Assembly: GCA_965262725.1 (NCBI GenBank)
Contig: OZ253555.1
Location: 768,001-832,000 of the forward strand
Source: Dehalococcoidia bacterium
GTDB lineage: Bacteria > Chloroflexota > Dehalococcoidia > UBA2979
DNA: 64,000 nucleotides
Direction of reading: 5' to 3'
Shown: positions 37,556-46,928 of the stretch, piece after piece
Numbering within the stretch: position 1 is the stretch's first letter
Layout: every line of letters begins with the position of its first letter
Position numbers and translations under genes: made by a program
The notes under the pieces: model-generated
The model's database searches: none
What the model saw: only the letters and a program-made list of their open reading frames with translations
What the model was told of the DNA's origin: nothing

Positions 37556-39103
37556 TCAGCCGCCGCTAATCGTGGTCTCGGGCAGCGCCGCCGCCCACGC
37601 GAACCAGTACGCCGTGCGCGTGGGAACGCTCGCGCGGCGGGTGCCGTCGAGCGTCGAGACGAGCCCCTCCTCGGAGACGAACCAGCGATGGCCGTCGGAG
37701 TCCACGGCGAGAAGGCCCAGGGAGTCGGTCATCACCAGCCGGTCGATCCGAGTCGGGGGCGCGCGGTAGGCGGCCACTCCGGATCCGGGCCCGCGTGAGA
37801 GCAGGACGAGCTCTGATCCGTCCAGGGTCAGTGCGGTGATGCCCGAGGTCTCGACGCCTGCGAGCGGGAGGGCGTGCACGGCGCGGCTCCCCCCGCTCGC
37901 GAGCTCGATGCCCACCACCCGCTCCTTCGGGGGGAGGCGGCCGTCGAGCGGCTGAGCTGGGTAGAGCGGCCCGGGCACGGCGTCGTCCGCCGCGAGCGCG
38001 GCCCCCGGATCGTAGTCACGCAGGAAGCCGGTCTCGAGCGCCAGCACGCGCGTCGCCGGGTGCATCGCCGACCACTCCTCCCACGTGGCGCGGCGCAGGG
38101 GGAGGGGGGTGAGCCGCTCCCCGGCCTCGAAGGCCGGGCCGGTGACCGCGCGCCCGCTCACCGGATCCCACAGCGAGCCCGTCTCCTCGTCGACGAAGAG
38201 CATCCGCGAGCGGTAGACGAGCCCCGAGGCGACGAGGAGACGCTCGCCGCCCGAGGCCTCCGCCTCAAACGCCGCCGCCGAGCCGCAGGGGACGCAGTGC
38301 AGGATCATCACGCGGGTTCCGCCGACCTCGTCGTGCACCGCGCCGTGCCAGGCGACGATGCGTTCCGGGTAGGCCCGGGGCTCGCCGTCTACCTGGAGGC
38401 CGAAGACCACGTCGTCGTCCTCCAGGTAGCGCTCCTCCACACGGTGCACGGTGGCGGGTGCCTCGAGCGGCGGGAGGCCGCCCACGCGCACCCTCGTCCA
38501 GAGCAGCTCATCGATCCGCGGCTCGTGGGCGCGACCGTCTGCGAGAACCGCGGCGAAGCGCGGATCGACGATCGAGAGGAGACGACCCTTCCACTCCTGG
38601 TAGACCTCCGGGAGCGGCGGCGGCTCCTCGGCGATCCAGGCCGCCCAGCTCGCGGCGTCGGGGAGCCTCTGGCCGATGATTGCCTCCAGGGCATCCTCCA
38701 CCCATCGCGCCCAGCCCACCTCCACCCAGAGCATGTCGACGAGGGGCGCCGCGAAGCGCGCATCGCCCGAGCGCCCGAGCTCCTCGATCACCCGCGTGGA
38801 GGCCTCCGTGGGCGGCACGCATTCCGCCGCGCGCGCCGGGTTGTCGTACCAGCAGATGGCGCGGCGCAAGAGCTCGGCGACGCCGGCCTCGTCGAGGTCA
38901 CCGGGCGGCGCGGGCGACGGCGTTGCACCGGGCGTTGCAGCAGACGTTGCACCGGGCGTTGCGGCAGACGTTGCACCGGGCGTTGCGTCGGGTCGGGGCT
39001 CGGCGGCCACGCAGCCGGCCGCCGCCAGCGCCAGCGCGACGACCGCCGGGAGGAGGGAGAGCCGGAGGCGCCCGCTCAGGCGGCCGCCCGCGGTCGTGGT
39101 CAC
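37556..39103 (-). CDS. DUF3179-family lipoprotein
   Basis: GTGA overlap start; AAAGC lipobox; RAYP..I..WH...HD, HCVPCGS, SGL.Y.S....D.ETGSLW, W.EW...HP.T.VL, YWFAW. Confidence 0.8.
   Translation of the reverse strand: MTTTAGGRLSGRLRLSLLPAVVALALAAAGCVAAEPRPDATPGATSAATPGATSAATPGATPSPAPPGDLDEAGVAELLRRAICWYDNPARAAECVPPTEASTRVIEELGRSGDARFAAPLVDMLWVEVGWARWVEDALEAIIGQRLPDAASWAAWIAEEPPPLPEVYQEWKGRLLSIVDPRFAAVLADGRAHEPRIDELLWTRVRVGGLPPLEAPATVHRVEERYLEDDDVVFGLQVDGEPRAYPERIVAWHGAVHDEVGGTRVMILHCVPCGSAAAFEAEASGGERLLVASGLVYRSRMLFVDEETGSLWDPVSGRAVTGPAFEAGERLTPLPLRRATWEEWSAMHPATRVLALETGFLRDYDPGAALAADDAVPGPLYPAQPLDGRLPPKERVVGIELASGGSRAVHALPLAGVETSGITALTLDGSELVLLSRGPGSGVAAYRAPPTRIDRLVMTDSLGLLAVDSDGHRWFVSEEGLVSTLDGTRRASVPTRTAYWFAWAAALPETTISGG
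38921..38986. repeat. 24-bp tandem repeat (2.75 copies) encoding an ATPGATSA linker
   Basis: CGTTGCACCGGGCGTTGC(A/G)GCAGA at 38921 and 38945, partial copy at 38969. Confidence 0.9.
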
Positions 39104-40296
39104 CGCCCGCGTTGGGGGCGGCCGCCGATCGCGCCCGCGACGCGCGCCGCCAGCCGCAGCATCGGGGGCCCCCACGGCCCGCGGGATCGCACCAGGTCGT
39201 CGTAGCCGGCCTCCTCGCACAGGATCTCGCAGAGGTGGCGCCAGAAGTGGTCCGAGCGCCGCATCAGCGAGACGGCGGGCGCGGGCAGCACGTGGAAGAC
39301 CTCCATCAGCTGCCTCGACGTGACGAGCTCGGGGACGAGCTCCCGGGCGAGCGTGAGCCCGTAGCCGTCGAGGTCGGAGACGGCCCCGTCCAAGTAGTCG
39401 TCGACGCAGGGAGCGACCGCCACCCCCGAGAGGATCGCCGCGTGGATGCCCTCGCCGGAGAGGGGGTCGAGCAGGCTGGCCGCGTCCCCGACGAGCGCGG
39501 CGCCGCCGACCGAGACCGGCGCGCCGGGCCGCTGCATCGGCAGGCGGTGACCGCGCAGATCGGTCATCCGGGTCGGGTCGAAGCCGTAGGCGAGGCAGAG
39601 CGCGTCGAGCGCCTCCCGGAGCCTCGTCCCCGCCACCCGCGTCCGGCCTCCGATGCCGACGTTGATGTGCCCCGCCTTCGGGAAGACCCACCCGTAGCCG
39701 CCGGGAAGCACGGAGAGAGCGAGCGCCACGCGGCCCTCGATCCAGGACGGGATCCCCTCGGGGCAGTCGATGTTCGCCTCGATCGCCACCGCCGTCTCCA
39801 TCGGCGGCTCGAAGCCGAGCGTCTTCGCGACGACGCCGTTGGCGCCGTCCGCGCCGACGACCACGCGGCAGCGGTGCTCGCCGCCAGCCGTGCGCACGAC
39901 GTAGCCGTCGGCGACCGCCGCGACCTCCCGTACGCGCTCGCCGTCTCGGAACTCGACCCCGGCCTCCTGCGCCTTCTCGACGAGGAAGGCATCGAGCCGG
40001 CGCCTTTGCGTCATGTAGGTGAGCGGGCGTCCGGCGTCGCGCACGAAGTCCGAGCCGCCCTTCAGCCGGACCATCGCGCCGGCGACCACCTGCTCCACGA
40101 CCGGCGTCAACTCGAAGGGAAGGAGTGCGGCTGCGCGAACCGTCACCCCGCCGCCGCAGGGCTTGTCCCGCGGGAAGCGGTGGCGCTCGAGCAGCAGCAC
40201 CTCGTGCCCGCGCGCGGCGATCTCGCGCGCGGCGGTGCTTCCCGCCGGGCCCGCGCCCACGACCACGACCACGACCGTTTGCTCGGTGGTCACCAT
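39100..40296 (-). CDS. Geranylgeranyl reductase family FAD-dependent oxidoreductase
   Basis: GAGPAG, FPRDKPCGGG, GADG, GYGWVFPK, GDAA..LDPLSGEGI. Confidence 0.9.
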   Translation of the reverse strand: MVTTEQTVVVVVVGAGPAGSTAAREIAARGHEVLLLERHRFPRDKPCGGGVTVRAAALLPFELTPVVEQVVAGAMVRLKGGSDFVRDAGRPLTYMTQRRRLDAFLVEKAQEAGVEFRDGERVREVAAVADGYVVRTAGGEHRCRVVVGADGANGVVAKTLGFEPPMETAVAIEANIDCPEGIPSWIEGRVALALSVLPGGYGWVFPKAGHINVGIGGRTRVAGTRLREALDALCLAYGFDPTRMTDLRGHRLPMQRPGAPVSVGGAALVGDAASLLDPLSGEGIHAAILSGVAVAPCVDDYLDGAVSDLDGYGLTLARELVPELVTSRQLMEVFHVLPAPAVSLMRRSDHFWRHLCEILCEEAGYDDLVRSRGPWGPPMLRLAARVAGAIGGRPQRGR

Positions 40297-40347
40297 CGCG
40301 GCGATCCTATGCCAGCTCCCCGTTTGGGACCGGGGACGGGGCGATCG

Positions 40348-41247
40348 CTAGGCGAGGGCGACAGCAAAGGCCGCGAGGAACGCGATCTGCACGCCGGCTG
40401 CGGCGAGGAACAGCACGTACGCGGCCGCCCGGTTCCGGGCGTGCGCGAGCGCGCCGAGCATGAGGTTGACGACGAGCATCGCCGTGGCGACCCGCGGCAT
40501 CTCGAGGATCGCGCTCCGCTCCACGACCGTGAGGCGCTCGACGCCGCTCGTGGGGGGAAAGGCGATGTCGAGGGTCGGCGGAAGGCCGGGGTAGCGGGCC
40601 ACCACCTGCCCCCACATCGCCACCGCCGCAGCGAGCGCCACCACGAGCAGCACCAGCGCCCGCCGGTCCTGCCACAGCGGCTGCGCGGAGACGCCCCATC
40701 GCTCCGCGTGGTGCGCGACGACGGCGGTGGGGCCCAGTTCCTGCCGCCTCTGCACCTCCTCCGCGAAGCGGACGGGATCCTCGACCGAGATCGCGTAGGT
40801 GCGCTCGCTCGTCATCACGTAGAGCAGCTCCTCCGGCGACTGGTGCGCGGAGTAGACGAGCACGTCGCCGATCCGGGCGAGCTCGGCGCGTCCGACGTGG
40901 CAGCCAGGCCAGGAGATGCCGCGGACGCGGGGCGTGTCGTCGAGTGATCGCTCGGGGACGAGTCGCTCGATAGAGCCCAGCGGGATCACCTGGCGCGTCG
41001 TCCCCCACTCGATCACGAGCCCGTTGCGATCGACGCGGTAGGCGAGCGTCGCGAGTCCGTAGCACCAGTAGGCGAAGAGCAGCGCGATCGCTGCCGCCAC
41101 GGCGGCGCCGCCGTAGGCCGCGAGCTGCGCCGGTCCGACCCCGGCGGTGATCCCCGCGTTGAGCAGGAGCACGCCGATGGCAGCCGACCAGGACGCGAGT
41201 ACCGCGCCCACCAGCAGCCCGAGCGTGCGGCGTGGCTGGTAGTGCAC
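40348..41247 (-). CDS. Membrane protein with bacterial PH-like domain
   Basis: Two TM, a soluble domain (YRVDRNGLVIEWG...IPL..I, YAIS..DP..F), then three TM. Confidence 0.65.
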   Translation of the reverse strand: MHYQPRRTLGLLVGAVLASWSAAIGVLLLNAGITAGVGPAQLAAYGGAAVAAAIALLFAYWCYGLATLAYRVDRNGLVIEWGTTRQVIPLGSIERLVPERSLDDTPRVRGISWPGCHVGRAELARIGDVLVYSAHQSPEELLYVMTSERTYAISVEDPVRFAEEVQRRQELGPTAVVAHHAERWGVSAQPLWQDRRALVLLVVALAAAVAMWGQVVARYPGLPPTLDIAFPPTSGVERLTVVERSAILEMPRVATAMLVVNLMLGALAHARNRAAAYVLFLAAAGVQIAFLAAFAVALA

Positions 41248-41274
41248 CGTCGGCGCGGCCGGGGCGCCCGGGGC

Positions 41275-42219
41275 CTAGCCCTGGGCGCCGACCGCGGCGG
41301 CGGAGTAGATGGGCGTGAGCCAGTCGCGGTAGCCGGGCAGCCCCCCGGTGATCGCGGCGAAGTAGCGTCGCTGCAACTCCACGGATACCGGCCCGGGCCG
41401 CCCGTCGCCGACCGGCACGCGGTCCACCTCCGTGACGGGGGTGACGTGCGCCGCCGTCCCGGTCATGAAGATCTCGTCGGCGATGTAGAGCTCGGAGCGG
41501 TCGACCGTGCGCCGCTCGACCTCGAGACCGAGCTCCTCGCGCGCGATCATGAGCGCCGTGTCGAGCGTGATCCCCTCGAGGATGTTGTCATGGGGCGCGG
41601 GGCTCACCAGCCGCCCGTTTCGCAGCAGCACGATGTTCTCGCCCGACCCCTCCGAGACGTGACCATCGGCGTTGAGCAGGATCGCCTCGTCGAAACCGGA
41701 GAGCTGCGCCTCCGTCTTGGCGAGCGCGTTGTTCACGTAGAGCCCGGTTACCTTGGCGCGCGCCGGGATCATGGTGTCGTCGATGCGACGCCAGCTCGAC
41801 GTCATGCAGCGGACGCCGGCGTCCGGATCGAGGTAGGCGCCGAAGGGCGTGACGAACACCAGGAAGTCGTCGTCCAGGTTGTGGAGGCGCACCCCGATCT
41901 GCTGCGACGACTTGTAGATGATCGGCCGGACGTAGATGTCCTCCCGGTAGTCGTTCCGCCGCACGAGATCGGTGATGACCTCCACCATCACGTCCTCGTC
42001 GAGCGGGGTGGAGAGTCGCATGATCTTCGCGCTCTGCCGGATGCGCTGGACGTGCTCGCGCAGCTTGAAGAGGTAGAGTTCGCCGTGCGCCTCGTTCCAG
42101 TTCCCGCGCACCCCCTCGAAGACGGCCGTCCCGTAGTTGAAGGCGTGCGTCATGACGCCAACCTTCGCCTCCGAGAGCGGGACGAATCGCTTCTCGAAGT
42201 ACGCAGTCGGTGTCGGCAT
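41275..42219 (-). CDS. ilvE: Branched-chain amino acid aminotransferase
   Basis: YGTAVFEGVRG, AKVTGLY (PLP Lys), EGSGEN, LEGIT, EIFMTGTAA. Confidence 0.95.
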   Translation of the reverse strand: MPTPTAYFEKRFVPLSEAKVGVMTHAFNYGTAVFEGVRGNWNEAHGELYLFKLREHVQRIRQSAKIMRLSTPLDEDVMVEVITDLVRRNDYREDIYVRPIIYKSSQQIGVRLHNLDDDFLVFVTPFGAYLDPDAGVRCMTSSWRRIDDTMIPARAKVTGLYVNNALAKTEAQLSGFDEAILLNADGHVSEGSGENIVLLRNGRLVSPAPHDNILEGITLDTALMIAREELGLEVERRTVDRSELYIADEIFMTGTAAHVTPVTEVDRVPVGDGRPGPVSVELQRRYFAAITGGLPGYRDWLTPIYSAAAVGAQG

Positions 42220-42295
42220 GATCGCTCCTCGAGGTCGAGACCCCGGGCCGGCGCGGCTCGCGGAGAGCCGCCGGGCGTGCGGGGGCGTGGCTGCG

Positions 42296-42325
42296 ATGAT
42301 AGGTCTCGGCGCGAAAGGGCGGCAA
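42296..42325 (-). promoter_or_regulatory. Putative ilvE promoter
   Basis: Minus strand TTGCCG-N18-TATCAT. Confidence 0.5.
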
Positions 42326-42392
42326 GCACGCGCGGGGAGGCCGACCGGGACGTTATGCTCCGGCGCGAAGCGGTCGGGCGATGGGGGGTGAG

Positions 42393-43268
42393 ATGACGCG
42401 TCTCGTGGCGAGCTTCGTGGTGGGCGCGCTGGAGGTCACGCAGCTCTCGGACGGCTCCTTCCACCGTCCGCTCGGCGGCTTCTTCGACGGCGTGGATCCC
42501 GCCGAGTGGATGCCGGTCGCGGGGGTCTCCTCTCCGGATGAGGGTGCGCCGTTCAACTTCTCCGCGATGCTGGTGCGCGGCGATGGACACACGACCTTGA
42601 TCGACACCGCGAACGGCACGCGCGGCGTCGAGGACTCATGGGAGGGCGCCGCGGAGCTGCTCGTCCGACTCGCCGAGGCGGGCGTCGAGCCCCAGGACGT
42701 CGATACCGTCGTCCACTCGCACCTGCACCCCGACCACATCGGCTGGAATCTCACGCCGGAGGGCCGGCCGGTCTTCCCCAACGCCACCTTCCACCTCTCC
42801 GAGCCGGAGTTCGACTGGTGGCTGCGCTACGACGGGAACGACCATCCGATGCGCGACTACGCGCGTCAGCAGATGGAACCCCTGGTCGAGGCGGGCCAGG
42901 TCGAGAGCTTCGTCGGCGACCGGCAGGTCACGCCGTCGCTCACGATGGTGTACGCGCCGGGCCACACGCCCGGGCACTGCGTGCAGCTGCTGGAGTCGGA
43001 GGGGGAGGCGGCCCTCATCGTCGGCGACTCGGCGCACCATCCCGCCCACCTTACGCAGCAGGGCTGGCACTCGACCTTCGACTGGAACCGCGACCAGGCG
43101 CGCGCCGCCCGGCGCAAGCTCGCCGAGATCGCGATCGCGAAGGAGGCGCTGGTGACCGGCGTGCACTTCCCGATCCTGACGCTCGGGAGGATCGAACGCG
43201 CCGGCGCGGGCGGTTACCGCTACATCGTCGCGGAGGCGCCGGACCGGGTGCCGGGAGGCGCCCCGTAG
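42393..43268 (+). CDS. MBL-fold metallo-hydrolase
   Basis: HSHLHPDHIG, PGHTPGH, GDS.HH, GVHFP. Confidence 0.92.
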   Translation: MTRLVASFVVGALEVTQLSDGSFHRPLGGFFDGVDPAEWMPVAGVSSPDEGAPFNFSAMLVRGDGHTTLIDTANGTRGVEDSWEGAAELLVRLAEAGVEPQDVDTVVHSHLHPDHIGWNLTPEGRPVFPNATFHLSEPEFDWWLRYDGNDHPMRDYARQQMEPLVEAGQVESFVGDRQVTPSLTMVYAPGHTPGHCVQLLESEGEAALIVGDSAHHPAHLTQQGWHSTFDWNRDQARAARRKLAEIAIAKEALVTGVHFPILTLGRIERAGAGGYRYIVAEAPDRVPGGAP

Positions 43269-44422
43269 CGGGGGAGCCGCCCGCGGCCGTCCGCACGCGG
43301 ACCCTGCCGCTTGCGCCGCTGCACCACCAGGCGGGCTGGCGCGCGGCGCCTCAGCACGGCTGGACGCTCCCGCTCTGGTACGAGACGAGCGGAGGCCCCC
43401 TCGAGGAGCAGGTCGCCGCGCGCTCCGGAGCCGTGGTCGCCGATCGCTCGCACCTGGGCCGGTTTTACGTGACCGGCGAGCGCGCGGCCGGGGTGCTGGC
43501 GGGCGCGCTCGCGACGGATGCGCGCCGGCTTCCACGCGGGCGCGTCGCCCGCGCCGTGGCCTGCCGGGAGGACGGCAGCGTGCTCGACGTCCCGTGGCTC
43601 TGGCATCTCGACGAGGGTCGCTGGCTCGTGATCAGCGGGCCGCGCACGCAGGAGCGGTTGCTCTCGCGCGTGACGGCGCAGGCCTCGGCCGGTGGCGCGG
43701 CCGCAGGCGTCGCGCTGCACGACCGCCTCGCGGTGACGGTCCTGCTCTCGCTGCAGGGGCCGCGTTCTGAGGAACTCCTCGCGGAGATCGTCGGGCCGAC
43801 GATCCCCCGGGCGCTTGAGCCCGGCGCCTGCCGCGAACTCTTGCTCGGCAACTACCGTGCCGCCGTGGCGCGCGCCTCGGCCGTCGGGGAGGACGGCTAC
43901 TGGATGCTCGTCTCGCCCGACGTCGGTGAGCAGGTGTGGAACGGCGCCCTCACCTCGGGGATGGTCCCCTTGGGGCTCGCGGCGCACGACGCGCTTCGCC
44001 TCGAGGCGGGCGTGCTCGAGGCGCCGCTGGAGGTACCCCGCCCGGCGACGCCGGAGGCCGCCGGCCTGGGCGCCCTGGTCGACCTCGATCCGCCCGCCGG
44101 GCTCGGCCCCCGCGATTTCCCGGGACGGGCTGAGCTCGCCGCCGAGAGACTCCGCGGTGGGCCCGAGCGCCGGGCCACCTGGCTCCGCCTCGCCGGCCGC
44201 AAGCCGGCGAGGCCCGGCGCACCGGTGCTCGCCTCAGGCGAGGTGGTCGGTGCGTGCGTCGCGGCCTGGTACTCGGCGGCACTCGCGGCGCCCCTCGCCC
44301 TCGCCTATCTCGCCCCGCCGGTGCTCGGTGGATCGCTTGCCGTCGAGGTCGGAGGCGGCGCCGCGCCAGCGGAGGCGCTTCAGTCGCCGCCCGCGTCGCC
44401 GGGTGGCGCGGCGGCGCTCTGA
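43265..44422 (+). CDS. GcvT-like aminomethyltransferase-family protein, divergent (probable GTA start)
   Basis: RTLPL..LH, GWTLPLWY, DRSHLGRF, SLQGPRS, GEDGY, DALRLEAG, ALAYL; GGAGG 6 nt before a GTA that overlaps the upstream TAG. Confidence 0.8.
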   Translation, partial: VAGEPPAAVRTRTLPLAPLHHQAGWRAAPQHGWTLPLWYETSGGPLEEQVAARSGAVVADRSHLGRFYVTGERAAGVLAGALATDARRLPRGRVARAVACREDGSVLDVPWLWHLDEGRWLVISGPRTQERLLSRVTAQASAGGAAAGVALHDRLAVTVLLSLQGPRSEELLAEIVGPTIPRALEPGACRELLLGNYRAAVARASAVGEDGYWMLVSPDVGEQVWNGALTSGMVPLGLAAHDALRLEAGVLEAPLEVPRPATPEAAGLGALVDLDPPAGLGPRDFPGRAELAAERLRGGPERRATWLRLAGRKPARPGAPVLASGEVVGACVAAWYSAALAAPLALAYLAPPVLGGSLAVEVGGGAAPAEALQSPPASPGGAAAL

Positions 44423-45117
44423 TCGCTCTGATCACGCCCGGTGGCGCTCGGGGACGCGTACGCCCGCCGGATCTCCTCGAGCTCCTCCTCCGAGCGAACG
44501 TGGAAGAGCACGAGGCGCGCGCTCTGCTCGCTCCCTGAGCGCCGGCCGCCGGGATCGACGATCTCGTAGCGGGCATGGAGCTGCATCGGGTGGAGCCGTA
44601 CGTCGAGATACCAGCCGGGGGGCTCGCCGAGCGTCACGACGGCGCGCCCGCCGGCCGCGATCGGCGTGTCGTGGCTCCCGGCGACCTCGATCACCGGCGG
44701 GCCCTCTCCGCCATAGTCATTCTCCGCGTCGTACCCTGGGACGAAGCTCATCGCCCAGGCGACCTCGCTGAGCGTCCGCCCGCCCCTGTTCGCGAGCGTG
44801 CCCCGGAGTTCGCCGCCGAGCACCCACAGGTCGAGGAGCTCGACCGTGGGACCGACTGCGGCCGCTCCGACCACGTCGGGGACCGCCTCGCCCGCGCCGG
44901 CTGCAGCGCCAGGCGCGGCGGCCGGCGCCCCGGCGCCGCCGGCCCTCGCCTCGCCCGCGGGCGCCGGGGCGGCCGCGGGACCACGGTCGCGCAGGAGCCA
45001 GGCGAGGAGGGCGATCGCGCCGCCGAGCACGCCGGCGAACGTGATTGCGCGCGTCCACCCGCCGCCTGAGGGGCGCGTCTCGGGCGTCCATCCGCCGCTT
45101 CGCGGGTCCTTGGACAT
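44380..45117 (-). CDS. Hypothetical membrane-anchored protein
   Basis: One N-terminal TM, Ala/Gly/Pro linker, beta-rich domain; TAGTCT 6 nt upstream of ATG. Confidence 0.6.
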   Translation of the reverse strand: MSKDPRSGGWTPETRPSGGGWTRAITFAGVLGGAIALLAWLLRDRGPAAAPAPAGEARAGGAGAPAAAPGAAAGAGEAVPDVVGAAAVGPTVELLDLWVLGGELRGTLANRGGRTLSEVAWAMSFVPGYDAENDYGGEGPPVIEVAGSHDTPIAAGGRAVVTLGEPPGWYLDVRLHPMQLHARYEIVDPGGRRSGSEQSARLVLFHVRSEEELEEIRRAYASPSATGRDQSDQSAAAPPGDAGGD

Positions 45118-45241
45118 GTGCTGAGACTACACGCGCGTCGGCGGGAAGCGGGAGTCTTCAGGCCGCTCAAGACGCCTTTCGGCGAACGCGCCGGGTCGCT
45201 CTCTGGCGGGATCGCTCGCTCTCCGCGTAGCCTCGACGGAG

Positions 45242-46069
45242 ATGATCGAGCTCGTTCGCGCCGTCGTGCTCGGAGCCGTGCAGGCGCTCACGGAGTTCCT
45301 CCCGATCTCGTCGTCGGGACACCTGATCCTCGCCTCCCGGGCGATGGGGAGCTCGGTCGATTCGCTTACCTTCGACGTCGGGTTGCACCTCGGCACGGCG
45401 GGGGCCGTGCTCGCCTACTTCTGGCGCGACTGGCTCGGAATCGCTCGCTCCGGCCTCTCCGGCAGCCTCACCCACGGGCTCCGCGTCTCGCGCTGGGAGG
45501 GGCAGGCGCAGCTGGGCATCTGGATCCTCCTCGGCACGGCGCCGGCGGCCATCGCCGGGTTGCTCTTCACCGACGCGATCGAGCGGGATCTGCGCAACCC
45601 GACGGTCATCGGCGTGACGCTGATGCTCGGGGGGATCCTGATCGGCGCCGCCGATCGATGGGGCGGCACGCTCCGCCGGCTCCCCGCCATGCGGTGCGGA
45701 CCGGCGCTCCTCGTTGGCCTGGCGCAGGCGAGTGCCCTCGTGCCCGGCGTCTCGCGCTCCGGCATCACGATCGCCACCGCGCGAGGCCTCGGCTTCGAGC
45801 GCTACGCGGCGACGCGCTTCTCGTTCCTGCTCTCGATGCCGATCGTCATGGCGGCGGGCCTCTACCGCTTCGCCTCGGCGCTCACGGGCGAGGAGCACGT
45901 GGAGTGGGGCCCGCTCGTGGTCGGCGCCGTCGCGGCGCTCGTGGTCGGCGCCGCGGTGATCCACTTCCTGCTCGGCTTCGTGCAGGGACACTCCCTGCTT
46001 CCCTTCGTCCTCTACCGCGTCGCGCTCGGGGCGCTCACGCTGGGGCTCGTCGCCGCGGGGGCGTTCTGA
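45242..46069 (+). CDS. uppP: Undecaprenyl-diphosphate phosphatase
   Basis: QALTEFLPISSSGHL, PGVSRSGITI, FSFLLS.P, F..YR. Confidence 0.95.
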   Translation: MIELVRAVVLGAVQALTEFLPISSSGHLILASRAMGSSVDSLTFDVGLHLGTAGAVLAYFWRDWLGIARSGLSGSLTHGLRVSRWEGQAQLGIWILLGTAPAAIAGLLFTDAIERDLRNPTVIGVTLMLGGILIGAADRWGGTLRRLPAMRCGPALLVGLAQASALVPGVSRSGITIATARGLGFERYAATRFSFLLSMPIVMAAGLYRFASALTGEEHVEWGPLVVGAVAALVVGAAVIHFLLGFVQGHSLLPFVLYRVALGALTLGLVAAGAF

Positions 46070-46139
46070 GCGCCGCCGCCGTCCGGGCGGGCCGGCGGGT
46101 ATACGATCGGATACGCCCGCCGCGCCTCGGGAGGGGGCC

Positions 46140-46928
46140 ATGAGCGAATCCGCAGCACCCGGCCCACGCCCGATCCCTCCGGCCGCCGATCCTCCGCTCG
46201 CGGGCCGCCGCGCCGCGGTCGTGGGCGTGGAGAGCGCGTCCGGGGCCGCCATCGCGCGCGCGCTCGGCGCAGCGGGCGCCGATGTCGCGCTCTGCGCACT
46301 CCGGCCCGACGAGGGCGTGCTCGTCGCGCGCCGCGTCCAGCGCGAACTCACTCAGGCCGGCCGCCGCGCCGCGAGCTACGTGATGGACGTGACGCTCGGG
46401 CGCAACGTCCAGGTCACCACGCGCCAGATCGCGAAGGAGCTCGGAGGGCTCGACCTCGTCGTTTCGGCGCCCGTGCTGCCCCTGTACGGTCCCCTCTCGC
46501 GGCTCGCCGACGTCGAGCTGGCGCAGGTGCTCGCGCTCAACTTCTCGGCGCACCTCTTTCTCGTGCGCTCGGCGGCACCGGAACTCGCCCGCGCGGGTGG
46601 CGGGACGCTGCTCCTGCTCACCCACGAGGCCGGCTCCCGGGGCGACCCCGGAGCGCCGGCCTTCGCCGCCGCGCAGGCGGCGACGCAGAGCCTCGTCGCC
46701 TCGCTCGCGGGGACGCTCGTGACCGAGGGGGTGGCCCTCGCCGCCATCTCGCTCGCCTCGCCGGTCGACGCCGCCGGCGCGGCGGACGGGGAGGCCGAAG
46801 CCGAGGCTGCGCGCGCCGCCGCCCACGCCGTGGAGCTCGCGACCCTGGGCGAGGAGGCGGCCGGGCGCATCGTCGGCGCCGGGCCGCCTCTCAGCGCGGC
46901 GAGCCCGGCGGGGGAGGAAACGGCGTGA
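46140..46928 (+). CDS. SDR-fold protein lacking YxxxK
   Basis: Rossmann-like start VVGVESASG, MDVT, GGLDLVV; FAAAQ in place of YxxxK. Confidence 0.75.
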   Translation: MSESAAPGPRPIPPAADPPLAGRRAAVVGVESASGAAIARALGAAGADVALCALRPDEGVLVARRVQRELTQAGRRAASYVMDVTLGRNVQVTTRQIAKELGGLDLVVSAPVLPLYGPLSRLADVELAQVLALNFSAHLFLVRSAAPELARAGGGTLLLLTHEAGSRGDPGAPAFAAAQAATQSLVASLAGTLVTEGVALAAISLASPVDAAGAADGEAEAEAARAAAHAVELATLGEEAAGRIVGAGPPLSAASPAGEETA

